DNA from: Camelus ferus
Taxonomy: Eukaryota
Direction of reading: 5' to 3'
DNA: 64,000 nt
NCBI RefSeq assembly: GCF_009834535.1
Contig: NC_045701.1
Coordinates: 31,806,001 to 31,870,000 of the forward strand
Of this stretch, positions 43,019 through 54,700 are shown piece after piece. Each line of letters starts with the position of its first letter. Within the stretch, counting starts at the first letter, position 1. The notes below the pieces were generated by a model. It had not been told where the DNA came from. It did not search any database and saw only the letters and a program-made list of their open reading frames with translations. The position numbers and the translations under genes are program-made.

Positions 43019-43930
43019 ATGGCTCTGCAGGATGTGTGCGAATGGCAAGCCCTGGACACCCAGGGAGCCTCACCTCACCTACCTCAGGTGGGGGTCTGGG
43101 CTGTGCCCCGGGGCTGTGACCCACAAACCTTCCTGCAGATCCACGGCCCCAGGCTGGCCCACGGCACCACCACGCTGGCCTTCCGCTTCCGTCACGGAGT
43201 CATTGCTGCGGCGGACACGCGGTCTTCCTGTGGCAACTACGTGGAGTGTCCAGCCTCACGCAAGGTCATCCCTGTGCACCAGCACCTCCTGGGCACCACC
43301 TCTGGCACCTCAGCCGACTGCGTCACGTGGTACCGGGTGCTGCGGCGCGAGCTGCGGCTGCGGGCCCTGAGGGAGGGTCAGCTGCCCAGTGTGGCCGGCG
43401 CCGCCAAACTCTTATCGGTCATGATGTCGCGCTATCGGGGTTTGGATCTGTGCGTGGCCACTGCCCTCTGCGGCTGGGACCGCTCCGGCCCTGCCCTCTT
43501 CTACGTCTACAGCGACGGCACCCTCCTGCAAGGGAACATCTTCTCGGTGGGCTCTGGATCTCCCTACGCCTACGGCGTGCTAGATCGCGGCTACCGCTAC
43601 GACATGAGCACCCAGGAAGCCTACACCCTGGCCCGCCGCGCCGTGGCCCACGCCACCCACCGCGATGCCTACTCGGGGGGCTGCGTAGACCTCTTCCACG
43701 TGCGGGAGAGTGGATGGGAGTATGTGTCCCGCAACGATGCCTGGGTGCTGTACTCGGAGCTGCAGAAGCTTCCGGGGCCAGAGAAGGAGGGGGAGGAGGA
43801 GGCCACCCCAGACAGAGCTGGCGAAGTTGGAGAACCGTCTGCGGGGCCGGGGCCGGCACCGGCACCGGAACCGGAACCGGCACCGGCACCGGGAGACTCC
43901 AGGATGCCCGCAGAGATTGAGACGCTGTGA
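43019..43930 (+). CDS. PSMB11: Proteasome subunit beta type-11 (thymoproteasome beta5t), intronless, 303 aa
   Basis: First ATG of the long ORF (the track's 42884 start is a GTG). [10 protein letters not shown]...LAHG|[11 protein letters not shown]; 49-aa propeptide; hydrophilic S1 pocket S20/S31/T45/S49 typical of beta5t; lies next to PSMB5 on the opposite strand. Confidence 0.97.
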   Translation: MALQDVCEWQALDTQGASPHLPQVGVWAVPRGCDPQTFLQIHGPRLAHGTTTLAFRFRHGVIAAADTRSSCGNYVECPASRKVIPVHQHLLGTTSGTSADCVTWYRVLRRELRLRALREGQLPSVAGAAKLLSVMMSRYRGLDLCVATALCGWDRSGPALFYVYSDGTLLQGNIFSVGSGSPYAYGVLDRGYRYDMSTQEAYTLARRAVAHATHRDAYSGGCVDLFHVRESGWEYVSRNDAWVLYSELQKLPGPEKEGEEEATPDRAGEVGEPSAGPGPAPAPEPEPAPAPGDSRMPAEIETL

Positions 43931-44914
43931 GCAGCCGCAGGACCTGGGGGGCCCAGCCCAGGAAGTGGGTGGGAGGTGGGGCTGCAGGGGGAGCAGACTT
44001 ACAGCAGTCTGGCTCCTGCTCTTATGAGTTGCCAGCTTCATGTGTTCCAAGACTCCATTCCTTTCTCCTCCCAGAGCTATTGATGGCTTTGTCCGACATG
44101 TTCCTGTTGGCGCCCAATAGATTGATTCAGCCTCCTCAGCACCAAGTCCTTCTTTCAGCAAATACTTATTGCACCGGCTGCACGCCAGATGCTGTGCTAG
44201 GTGCTAGACCCTCTTTTCTTGCCATCCTCCTTTCCGCTTTTCCCCATCCTATCCCCTGTCTCTCTTCCTCCCGTTTTAGTGCTCAGCTCGGTTTCAGAGT
44301 CTTTGTCACTTTCTCACCTTGGTGAGGGGGGATGGGGGAGGGGAATGAGGTGGGGATAGCAGCCCAGAGGGCCCAGGTGGGGAGGGGCAGGGACCATGCA
44401 GCATGGTCACCAGGTTGAGGGGGGCGGTGGTGATGGGCCTCCCGCATCAGCTTTCCTCCTCCACCACCGCCCCCCCCAACTCAAACCTAATGACTATGAT
44501 GATGACTCCTTTACTGAAAGCAGTTTTTATGAAAACTCTTTGAGGTAAAAGTTATCCTCACTTGACAGAAGAGGAAGCAGTTTCGAAGGGTTATGTGACT
44601 CGCTCCAGGCCACACCGTCAGTGCAGAGATGAGGCTGGGATCCAGGCCCTCCATTCCAGAGCTGCGCTCCTTCAGCACAGTCTCTCTCCCAGGGCTTCTG
44701 GGGAGTGATGTGGGGGAGAGGGCAGCTGGGCCATGTTCCAGCCTGGTGTCCAGGGAAGAAGGAAACCCAAGGAGCCCCCGGGCCTGGAGTGCTGAGCCCA
44801 GGAAGCTGGCCCCGCCGAGCCCCCTCTGGCCCTACTTGCCAGGCCGTGTGCTCAGGCTTTCGGGCCTGTCATGGCTGCTTCCAGAATTCTCCCCTCATTC
44901 CTTTGCCTTCTCTC

Positions 44915-45483
44915 TGAGACAGGTAGGAAGAGGGGCAGGAGACAACAGTTAAAAGAATGACACAGCAATTAAGGATAGGACATAAACTGGTTAAAACCCA
45001 ACTAGGCCCAAGATGGGGGAAGAGTCAATTCCCAGTCGACCTTGAGCCTCATTACGTGCTCATTGTAATATATTAGCGTATGAAATAACACACCCACAGG
45101 CGCCATGACCGGTCTGAGGCAGGCCATCAAAGGCCCAAAGTGGGCGTGGCCCAATTCCTGGGAATCTGCGCCCCTTCCCCAAAGTAGTTGGAATAATCCT
45201 CCCATTTGTTAGCATATGAAGCTCCTGAGCCCATAAAAACTAATAACCCAGCATCCCCATCCCCAAGCATACTTTCTCTCTCTCTCTGGCCTTCTGAGAC
45301 AGCCTGCACTCTGTCTATGAAGTGTGTGTGTCTTCCTGAATAATCTACTTTCACTCTACTTTGGCTGGCTCTTGAATTCTTTCCTGCATGAAGCCAAAGA
45401 CCCTCACTTGGCAGAGCACATCCCGGGGACTCGCCCAAGACCTGGGCCATGGCCATCCTTTCGTGCCCCATTTTCCTGCACCA
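44915..45483 (+). mobile_element. Solo LTR, ERV1-like, 569 bp
   Basis: TG...CA termini; 4-bp TSD TCTC at 44911-44914 and 45484-45487; TATA-like CATAAAAA at 45232; R/U5-like text (aataatctacttt...cttgaattctttcctgcatgaagccaaagaccctc). Family not identified. Confidence 0.8.
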
Positions 45484-48058
45484 TCTCCAGCCTCTCCTTC
45501 CAGAAGCTCCCTCTAGGGCATGAAGAAAAGAGGGAGCTGGCTGTGCCAGTGGGAACTGCTGGCTTAGCACGTTGTCTCCTGCTTCTCCTGTTCCCCTCTG
45601 CTCCCCTGTGAGCCCTGACTTGGAGATGCAGGCTGACAGCTCTGGGAGGGACGCCGCCCCACCCTCCCCTCCCCAGGCCAAGTGAGGGAGAAAGCACGGT
45701 TGATCTAGGAGATGGGGCCTGAAGGAATGTTCCTGAACTTTCTTTTTCTGTCTCACTCCTAGAGCTTCCAGTCTCAAATGACCAGCACCTTTCCCCTTCC
45801 TGGACACCTGTCTTGCCAGCATCCAGCCCAGTCCTGAGCCCCAACCCTGCACCTCAGGCTAAGAATTCCTCTAGGCAGAAGCTGGCCAGACAGAGACCTC
45901 CAGGCTCCATCCTTTAGGGGATGATTGGGGTTGGGGGGAGGAAGGGGAGTGTTGCAGAAATGTGCCCAGAACAGCCAAGGTCTGGGAATCTGGCCGGGGG
46001 CCTCCACAGCAGCTTTTCATCCTTCACCCACTTCTTAGCCTCAGGGGAGGAGGTGTAGGACTCTGGGAATGATAACCAGAGGTCAGGGACCCCTGGGCCA
46101 GCCTAGTACTGGAGGAGCACAGGAGGAAGGGCAGCTTTTGCCCAGGGTTCAAGTGTTTGATTGATTCAGGCTTAAGAGGGTGCATCTCCAAATGCAGAGC
46201 TGAGTGTGGGTCTGTGTCTCGTTGCAAGTGAGCGATCCAGGAGAGGTGGCCCATGGGCGGCCCCTGTGTGCAGGAACAGGAAACAGGCTGGAAGAGAAAG
46301 AGCACCACCTGGGTAAGGAGATGGCCCCTTATCAAGGAGAAAGGGTTTGTCACTTCTTTTGAGAAAATGGTCCAGAATAGAAAGCAGGCAGGGGCAAGGC
46401 TCACCCCGCTGGTTCACTACTTCTGCCTCCTCCCACCCCTGAGGCCCCAGAGTGGGAAAAGGCAGGGAGGGAGGGGCAATCCAGACCCTGGGGTTGTCAC
46501 CTTAACCCAGCCCAAGGCTCCCTGGGAACCACATGCAGCTCACTCCCCTGGAACGCTCTGTGCCCCTCCCCTTCCCTGTAATCAGGGAAAGAGGGTTGAA
46601 CCCAGATAGAGAGGGCAGAACAGGAGGCAATCTCCCTCTTTTTTGGCTCCTTCTCTCATCACCTCTCCCCTTCTCTCATCACCTCTCCCCTTCTGTCTCT
46701 CTTCTCTTTTCCTTGCCTGTCCTGCCCCTCTTCACTCCTTTTGACAGGTTCTGTCTTTCCAATGGTGAGGTATTTAAGACCAGAGATAAGCCCAAGGGTC
46801 TTGATGACAAGCCTGTTTCCCTATGCCCTGTTGTTTTCCTTGGAGTTCAATGAGTTGGGGAAGAGCTCAGGAGGGTGTTAAGGAGGTCTGGGAGAGCAGG
46901 CAAAGGCCTACATCCCACTCCAATGCACCCCTCCCTACCCAGGGGCGGCCCATGAGTCAGTCCCTCCTTTTCTCCACTTATTCCTGAAGGTTTGATGCAG
47001 ACATCAGGGTGAGACCAAAGGGGCAGAGATCTGGCCCATCCTGTCCTGCAAAGGAAGACCTGTCCCTCTGACATCTGCTTGGGGTGCTGCCTCCTAATCG
47101 TCTCCCTCATTCCTCTCCCTCAAGGCTCTCGCACAGGCCTTCCGTCATCAGAGCAAGGTCCTTGTTCTCCCACTGCCTGGTTACCCTAATCAAGCAGGTG
47201 TGGAAGGCACGAGAAGGCATCTTCCCGTTGGAGCAGACTTCCCCGATGGCCAGCCCCACCCACTTGGAGGGGAAGGTCACAAGGACCTGTCCTGACCCAT
47301 CTACTTGCGTCCCCAGGAGCCCTGCCTGGAGTCAGGAGGTCTGGGTGCTAATGCTGGTTGCTGGGTGGACCCCTTCTGTGGGCCAGGAATACACAGTGAG
47401 AGATGCTAGTGGCCCTCTGGGTTCCCACCCAGGTTGACTTTGATTCAGCCCCTCAAACAGCAAACAGCCCACCACCCTGGCCCTCTGTCTCCTCCTTTGT
47501 GCTCCATGAAGAGCTAAGACCATAGACTGGGGAGAATTAAAGGCGGGGGCAGCAGGCCCAAATGCACTGTGACGGTGCCACCTCACCCTGGCCCATCTGC
47601 CCCTTGGTTGGCACCACAGGCTCCAGAAGGCACTGAATTGCCCCCTCTGCTGTCCCCCACCCATATTTTTTCCTACTCTGGAACTTGTCCCTCTTTTCTT
47701 AGTCTTTTTTATCTCTTCCTTTTTCAGTACCTCTGCCCACACTTCTCCCCTCCACCCTCCCCTCTGGCCAATCCCCACATCTTAATTTCCTTGGACAGTT
47801 TAAGACCAATAGAGAATCCAGAGGTGGTGGGAGTTGGGGGTACAAGTCATTATCTCCTTAGTCCCTGAATGGAATCAACCCAAACCCTCCTCAATTAAAG
47901 GGACTTGAAGCCGACTGTCCTCCAAAGGAGAAAGGAAAATGAGCCGGAGGGGATGGGCTTAGGCTTCTCCTCCAGCCCTTTGGCACAGGGAAGCTCTGCA
48001 CGGACACCTCAGTGCAGGAAAGAAAGCAGGGCTCCAGCTTTACAAAATAAAGTGTTTG

Positions 48059-48064
48059 TTTATT
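48059..48064 (-). terminator. CDH24 polyadenylation signal AATAAA
   Basis: TTTATT on the + strand at 48059-48064, downstream of the CDH24 stop. Confidence 0.7.
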
Positions 48065-48940
48065 ATGAAATTAGAGATGGAGGCCCCTCCCCTTCCTCCC
48101 TCTTTCCCCTTCCCCAGCTGCCTCCCTCTTTCCTTCCCCACCCCTCCCCCTGGGGCCTGGGAAGCACACAAGACAATGCCCAGAGCTGGGATGCCCAGGG
48201 CTGGCTGACAGCTGGGCAGAGCTCCAGGGAGGCGGCCACGTTGCAGGGCTGGAGCTCTCGCTCTGGGAGGTGGGCTGGCTCCCTCTCTCTGCTGGAGGCC
48301 AGTGGAGCCAGGATGAGGCCATGAGTGATGGATGGAACCATGCGGGCAGGTCTGTAAAGACAGGAGAGACCGAGTCAGAAGCAGCAAGTAGGGGAGGGCT
48401 TTTCCCCCCACCCCTACGTCGTCTAGTGGCACTGACCTGGGGCAGAACATCCCCTGCAGGAGGGTGGGCAGCAGTGGCTGGAAGTTTCTCTTGCTTTTGG
48501 GATGGACAACGGAAAAAACAAAAAGCCAGTCACAGGGACCCACAGAGAATGTGGGCAGATGTGGGCAGGAGAGACAGAGCACGTGTGTGGGCAAGGGAGA
48601 CAGAGAGAGCCGTGTGTGACAGATTTAGAATGGGGGAGACAAAAACAGACCCAGCAGAAAGTGGAATCACAGTGAGAGAACAGAGATTCAGAGTCGGAGC
48701 CACACAACCCAGACCCAGACAGAGAGAGCAGCAGAGACAGAGACAGAGACAGAGATCCCTGGAGAGAGACAAACAGACGACTCAGGAGGAGGGCAGTAAG
48801 GAGGAGGTTGCCCTGGGAAGTGGGGAGGGGAGGCACGGGGATGGGAGAGGCCTGGGGGCCCCTGGGCTGCTGCTGCCTGCCTGGACCCCGGGGGCTCACT
48901 CAGAGGGCCTGTGCGGCCGCGGGCAGGGCCAGGCCGGCTC

Positions 48941-49440
48941 TCAGGGGGCCGGGGGCTCCTTGGCCCCGTACAGCTCGGCCAGGGTGCGGAAGAGCGGCCC
49001 CCAGTCGTCCAGCGGCTCAGTGGGGCCCGGGGCGCCGCCGATCTCGCTGCCGGAGCCCAGGGAGCTGAGGGAGCCGCAGGAGGAGCCGCGGCCCTCGTAG
49101 CCGTACACCTGCACCGAGTCGTAGGGCGGCACGCTGGGGTCGTCGTCCGCCTCGCGCAGCCGCAGCGCCAGCAGCTGCGCCACGTCGGCGGGGCCGGGAG
49201 GCCGAGGCTGGCGCGGCGCCCGGGCCCAGGGTAGCACGTCGCGGCGCGTGGCCGGCCCGGGCGCCGGCGGGGCCGCCCCGTCGGGGTTCTGCAGGGCACT
49301 GATGTCGAAGGCCTCCGTGTCCTCCTCGCCGCCGCCCTCGTCGTCGTAGGTGATGATGTTCTCTCGCACGTCCTCCTCTTCCAGCACCATCAGCGCTTCC
49401 TGCTTCTGGCGCCGCAGGGCCACGAAGAGCACCACCAAAG
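48941..49440 (-). CDS. CDH24: CDH24 last coding exon (cytoplasmic domain)
   Basis: [13 protein letters not shown]...[10 protein letters not shown]...[13 protein letters not shown]. Confidence 0.96.
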
Positions 49441-51708
49441 CTGAGGGAGAGGCGCGCACTGGTCGGTGAGCCGGCAGGGCGCGGAACCGGGGGGCCCGGT
49501 TCCAGATAGAAAGGTCTAGGGGTGGGAAGCCCTAGATTTGACATCTGGCAAACCTCCTTTGAATCCTGACTTCAACCCTATACTTGCTGTGTGACTATAT
49601 AAAGTTGCTTAACTTCTCTGAACCTCTTTAGTCGTTAGATTGCTTGGGTGGAAAATAGGAGAAACATATTTACCCCTTAGAATTGTTGAGAGGATGAAAT
49701 GAACCAGAGTCAGGGCTCAATAAACAGCTTTTATGGTTCGTTATTATCGTTACAGATCGGAGGGTCAGGGATATGAGGCCAGAGCTTTTCTCTCGGATGC
49801 ATCAGGCAAGGGAAATCCAAGCATGAGGGTTCCTTCAATACCTAGGGTGGATTTCCCTATGTCCAGGGTCCTGGCTCCTCTCCACACCCTCTGCAGGCCT
49901 AGACCCCACATCTAAGTCCCGCTGTGGCCTGACTCACCAAGCAGGGTGCCCACACAGGTGATGATGGCAAGCAGGGCCCCGGTGCTGAGCCCGGTGGGTG
50001 AGAGCTGAGCCTCGGGCCGGCAGGATGCCACGGAGCCATCGGGTCGGCAGCGGCACACGCTGACAGTCACTGTGGCAGTGCTGCTCAGTGCCGGCTGCCC
50101 CCAGTCCCACAGCTCTATGGGAACCAGGTAGGGGGCCTGGCGGGGTGGAGCGGGGCGAGAGGGCAGCAGGAGGCTGGCAGAGCCATCTGTGGGAGACGAA
50201 GGTGTTGGGGCATCTCCTGGGACACCTTCCAGTAGGGTTGGTGCAGCCCAGGGAGACGGCTTGCCATGGGGAAGTTTTGCCAAGAGCAAATCCACATCTA
50301 TGTTCTGTTGGGTGGAAGGCCCAGGTAGGTGGGCAGGGCTGGGGGTGCTGGAGGAGGAGAGGACAGGGGAGGCAGGCATGAGCATGGTTGCAGAAGGCCA
50401 CCCACCTCGGTTGTCCCTGATAGTAAAGTTGGCATCAGGGCCCAGAGGACCTTGAAGGGAAACACGACTACTGTTGCCAACTTCATCTCTGTCCAGAGCC
50501 CGGATGACCTGAATCAGCTGAAGGGAAGGAGAGGCCTTGTAGGGAGTGGGCAGCTGGAGGTCTTGAGGCCCCAAGCCCTCTGCCTCAGCAGCTCACCTGG
50601 CCGGGGGCTGCAGAATCACACACAAAGGTGTCGTAGGGCTCAGCCAGCTGGGGAGCGTTGTCATTCTCATCCAGGGTCTGGATGGCCACCTGCACCCGGG
50701 AGGCCTGTGCGGAGCTGTCTGAAGCCAGAACATGAACACATACACCCCGCATGAGCACACACAACGCAGTTACACACCACATATGTGGTGTGTTGGCATG
50801 GGTGCCACATGCAGCACACAGCATGCAAGTGCCACACATGAGGTATGCGTGCAATATGCAAGTAGCAAACAGTGGTGTGAAATGAATGGAACAAATGCAT
50901 ACAACAACCATGTGGTACCCAAGATATGTGCAAATCACCATATATATTCAACAAGAGTGTACATCTGTAATAACCCACATGCAGGGCACACGCACCATAA
51001 GTGAAAGGTAGACTGAGGATGCATACTGGATGCACGCAGACAATAGCCATGAAAGATACAAACACATCCATACCATATTTGATGTACACTCAGCATTTAA
51101 AACAAATGCAACATACATGAAGTAGATGTGTGATATATACAGTGAATGCAGTATCACCACCCCCCAGGACCCAGAGAATGCATTTTCACTCAGTAGGACG
51201 GACATACACACACAGACACACACACATGTGTCCCATGAGAGGTCTGGGAGGCTGTGGGGTAGCAATGAGTTATCACTTAGAGTTGACCTTGGGGAGGGAG
51301 GAACTGCGTGATACTCAGGTGCAGAGTTGGGCCAGCCTGGGCACCACAGTCAGACACAGGCCCCCTCATCATCGAGTGGCTCTTCACCATTACCCTGCCT
51401 TGCTCCTCACTGCCAAGGACATCCAAGAGGGAATGGAAAGTGTGTATCCCTGCCCACCCTGGTGCTTATCTCTCCTAGGCTAAGCCTCTGGGTTCCTTTA
51501 GTCTTTCCCCCAAATCAGGGGAGAGATGGCTGACTCTGGGGAAGGGGCTGAGGAGTGGGCTGCCTGGCTAAAGGGTCTGGGATACCCTGAGACAGGACAG
51601 GGCTGGAGTCCATTCCCTTGCTGCAGTAAGGGCCCAGGGCCTGCTAGTTGATATCAGGGCTTGCAGGGGAGGGGAGCAGGATTTGGCAGGTGAGAAGACA
51701 GTGAGGGG

Positions 51709-51757
<49 letters not shown>

Positions 51758-54700
51758 GGAGCCACAAACACTGTATATACACATATACACACACAGGGAC
51801 CTTCACACGAACAGACTCACATGCACTGCCACGTAACGCACAGCTATATGGACATAAACATAAACCTACCCACATGCAGTTCAACACATATGAGAGGCAG
51901 TGTGGTGGAGGAGACAGCAGCTCAGACTCTGCAGCCTGACTGGGACTGATGGCCTCACCACTTAACGTCTGTGTGACCTTGGGAAGTTACTTAACTTGTC
52001 TTTGCCTGAGTTCCTTCCTTTTAAAATGGGGAAATACTCGTACCTCCCTCATAAAGTTGTGGTGATGATTAAATGAATTAATCTCTATTTGACACTTAGA
52101 ACAGTGTCTGGTACACAATAAGTAGTAGATTATTATCATCCATCCACGAACACTCACATACACAAAACTGTCTGTATACAGTTACTTGTACCTATCACTG
52201 TACACATCCATTTACACATATACACAAATAATATAATTCTAAGCACTCAACTATATACATATATATATCCAGTTATAGATATATACTCACAGGTACATGT
52301 GTATGTATTTTTCACACACATGGAATCACACACATGCATGTACACACCCACATGTACATACATGTATAGCTCTCCACTGACATACAAAAATATGTATGCA
52401 CACAGTGACAGCTGCCATGGGCGGGACACGGATAGTAAATGTAGGAGACCCTGGGCTGTGAGCAGGGGTGGTAGGGGAGGTTCACAGAAGGGAGGGAGAT
52501 CTCCCTGCCTCTAAGGGCCACTGCTGCCCAGAAGCAGCTGAACCACACTGCTGGTGACTGGTGACTGCTGGGCAGCAGGCCCGGCTGGTCCCTCTCCCCT
52601 CCCTTGAGAGCTCCCAGCAGGGCTTCCCTGGGAGAGGCTGCTGGGGCCCCCCAGTCAGCTCCCAGGAGAGGGGCCCAGCCCTGTCCTGCCACCCCATTCA
52701 GCCTAAAGCAGAGAGAAGGCAAGGCAGGGTCTCCCAAGGTGTAGGGTGGGGTTCATTAGGGACTGGGAGCTATTTGAGGTTAGGTTTCTTTCTGGGTTGG
52801 GGAAAGTCAGGTCTGGGAGCAAATTTCAGGTGAGGGGAAATGCTCAGGAGGACCCACTGTGCCCAGGCCAGCCCAGGGGATCAGGAGGCCTGCCTGCCTG
52901 GGGGTGGTGGTCCAGGCTGGGGACCCACTGGCTGTCCACTGGTGAGGGTGCATGGCACTAATGCCCTTCCCCACCCCCATACTCAGGGATGGTCCCTCTG
53001 CCCAGAGGCTGCTGCCTTCTCCCCACCCCCTGAGGGCCCAGGACTCCTCACCGAGCTCTGTGGCCAGCACTGTGAGGTTGTGCCAGACACGAGCCTCACG
53101 GTCCAGGGGCGCTGCGGTGCGGATGGTGCCGTCTTCAGGCTCGATGGAGAAGCAGCGCTCTGGGTCCGAGTGAGGGACGATGGAGTATCTGGGGAGATGG
53201 ACCCTGGCTTGGGGCTGCTCTGGGGCAGGGCCTGCGCTCACGGCTACCCCTCCCTCCCTTCTGTTTGCCTTGCTGGGCCTCATGGCTCATCTGGGCAGAG
53301 GACCCGAGCTCACTGGGCAGTGTCTGCCCTACAAATGCAGGGCTATAATTCACATTAGCATCCCCTCAAGAGACAAATATTCCTGAGGAGTCATCAACAT
53401 TAAACACCTGACACCCAAGAGACTGGGTTTCATGGAGGTGCGGGGAGAAAGACAGAAAGAGGTGGACGCAAGGTAAACACTGCCTGTCTTTTGGACTTCT
53501 GGGCTCTGTTCTGGGGATCAGGGACCTGAGTTCTAGCCCTGCCCTGTCCCAGACCAGCTGTGTGACCTTGGGTAAATCTTTTAGCCTGTTTCCTCAACTA
53601 TGAGATGGGAACAACACCAGCACTTCCCTCAGTGCTGTGACAGGGATGCTGGTGGGGGAGGTGGAAAGAGTGGTCAAGAAGACGCTGACAAGTCGGGATT
53701 TGAATCCAAGTGTTCCTACGTACTGACTGTGCAACCTTGGGAGAGTTACTCAATCTCTCAGGGCACAGCCTCTGAATCAAATGGTAATGATAAAGACTAC
53801 TACACAGGCTGTTGCAAGAATGAAATGTTATCAAGCGGGTAAAATGTGAAGTATTGAGGGCATGATCAATAACTATAGCCATCAATTAATCCACTGCACT
53901 CATCAGATGAGATTCCACTCACTGCCACTGGGAGGTGCAACTATCATCCACCCAGAGAGAAGGGTGGAGAATCCCTCAATGGTTAGCCAGGTCCTCCAAC
54001 CCTCCCCTGGCCCACAGGCCTGCAGGAGGGGAGACCCCTGCTAGGAGGGGAGTGTGATTTGCAGTAAAAGGGGTACATCCTTGGGTGGGAATAGCCTCCT
54101 GCTGGGCCCTTTCCTGGAGGCCTGGCCCTGCCCCCGCCCACACCTCAGCTCACCTGATTGGGCTGGCAGGGGAGTCCAGGTCAGCAGCTGACACCTGGCC
54201 CACCAGGGTCCCGGGAGCCTTGTTCTCAGATACTGTCAGGTGGTAGGCAGCCTGGGTGAAGGCAGGGGGCTCTGGGGCGTCCTGCACAGTCACGCTCACG
54301 GAGGCCACATCCTTGAAGGGCCCTCGCCGTAGGTAGGCTGGGTCGATGAGTGTGTTGGTGGCCTCCACACGGAAGGAGTAGGAGCGACGGGTCTCGAAGT
54401 CTAGGGGCTAAAGTGAGGGAGATGGAGTGACTGAGGCATGTAGAAACCAGGGGGGTGGGCACCAGAGGGGCAGTGACTTTGGTGGTTGAGGTGGGGAGCG
54501 GGTACATATTACTCGGTCAGAACTCTAGGTCTGCCCCCAGCTCCATCACAGATTTGCTCTATGCAAAGTCCTGAGCCAGTCACTCCCCTGTCCTGGGCCC
54601 CAGGCCCTCATCTGAAAGATGAGGAGATGACCATGACCTCTAAGCTCCAACACATGGATCCAGGTCTGTTCTAGACCAGTTAGAAGCATGTCTTGTAGCA

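Noticed and set aside
43246-44161. Alternative-frame and antisense ORFs over PSMB11 (224, 156 and 193 aa)
   Set aside because: GC-rich shadows of the real CDS with no recognisable domain.
46651-46694. Perfect 20-bp tandem duplication (also a 17-bp direct repeat at 15329-15369)
   Set aside because: Ordinary local slippage. Two units only, with no array or spacer structure, so not CRISPR-like.
48270-49544. 276-, 203- and 175-aa ORFs around the last CDH24 exon
   Set aside because: Antisense or off-frame shadows of GC-rich coding sequence and simple repeats.
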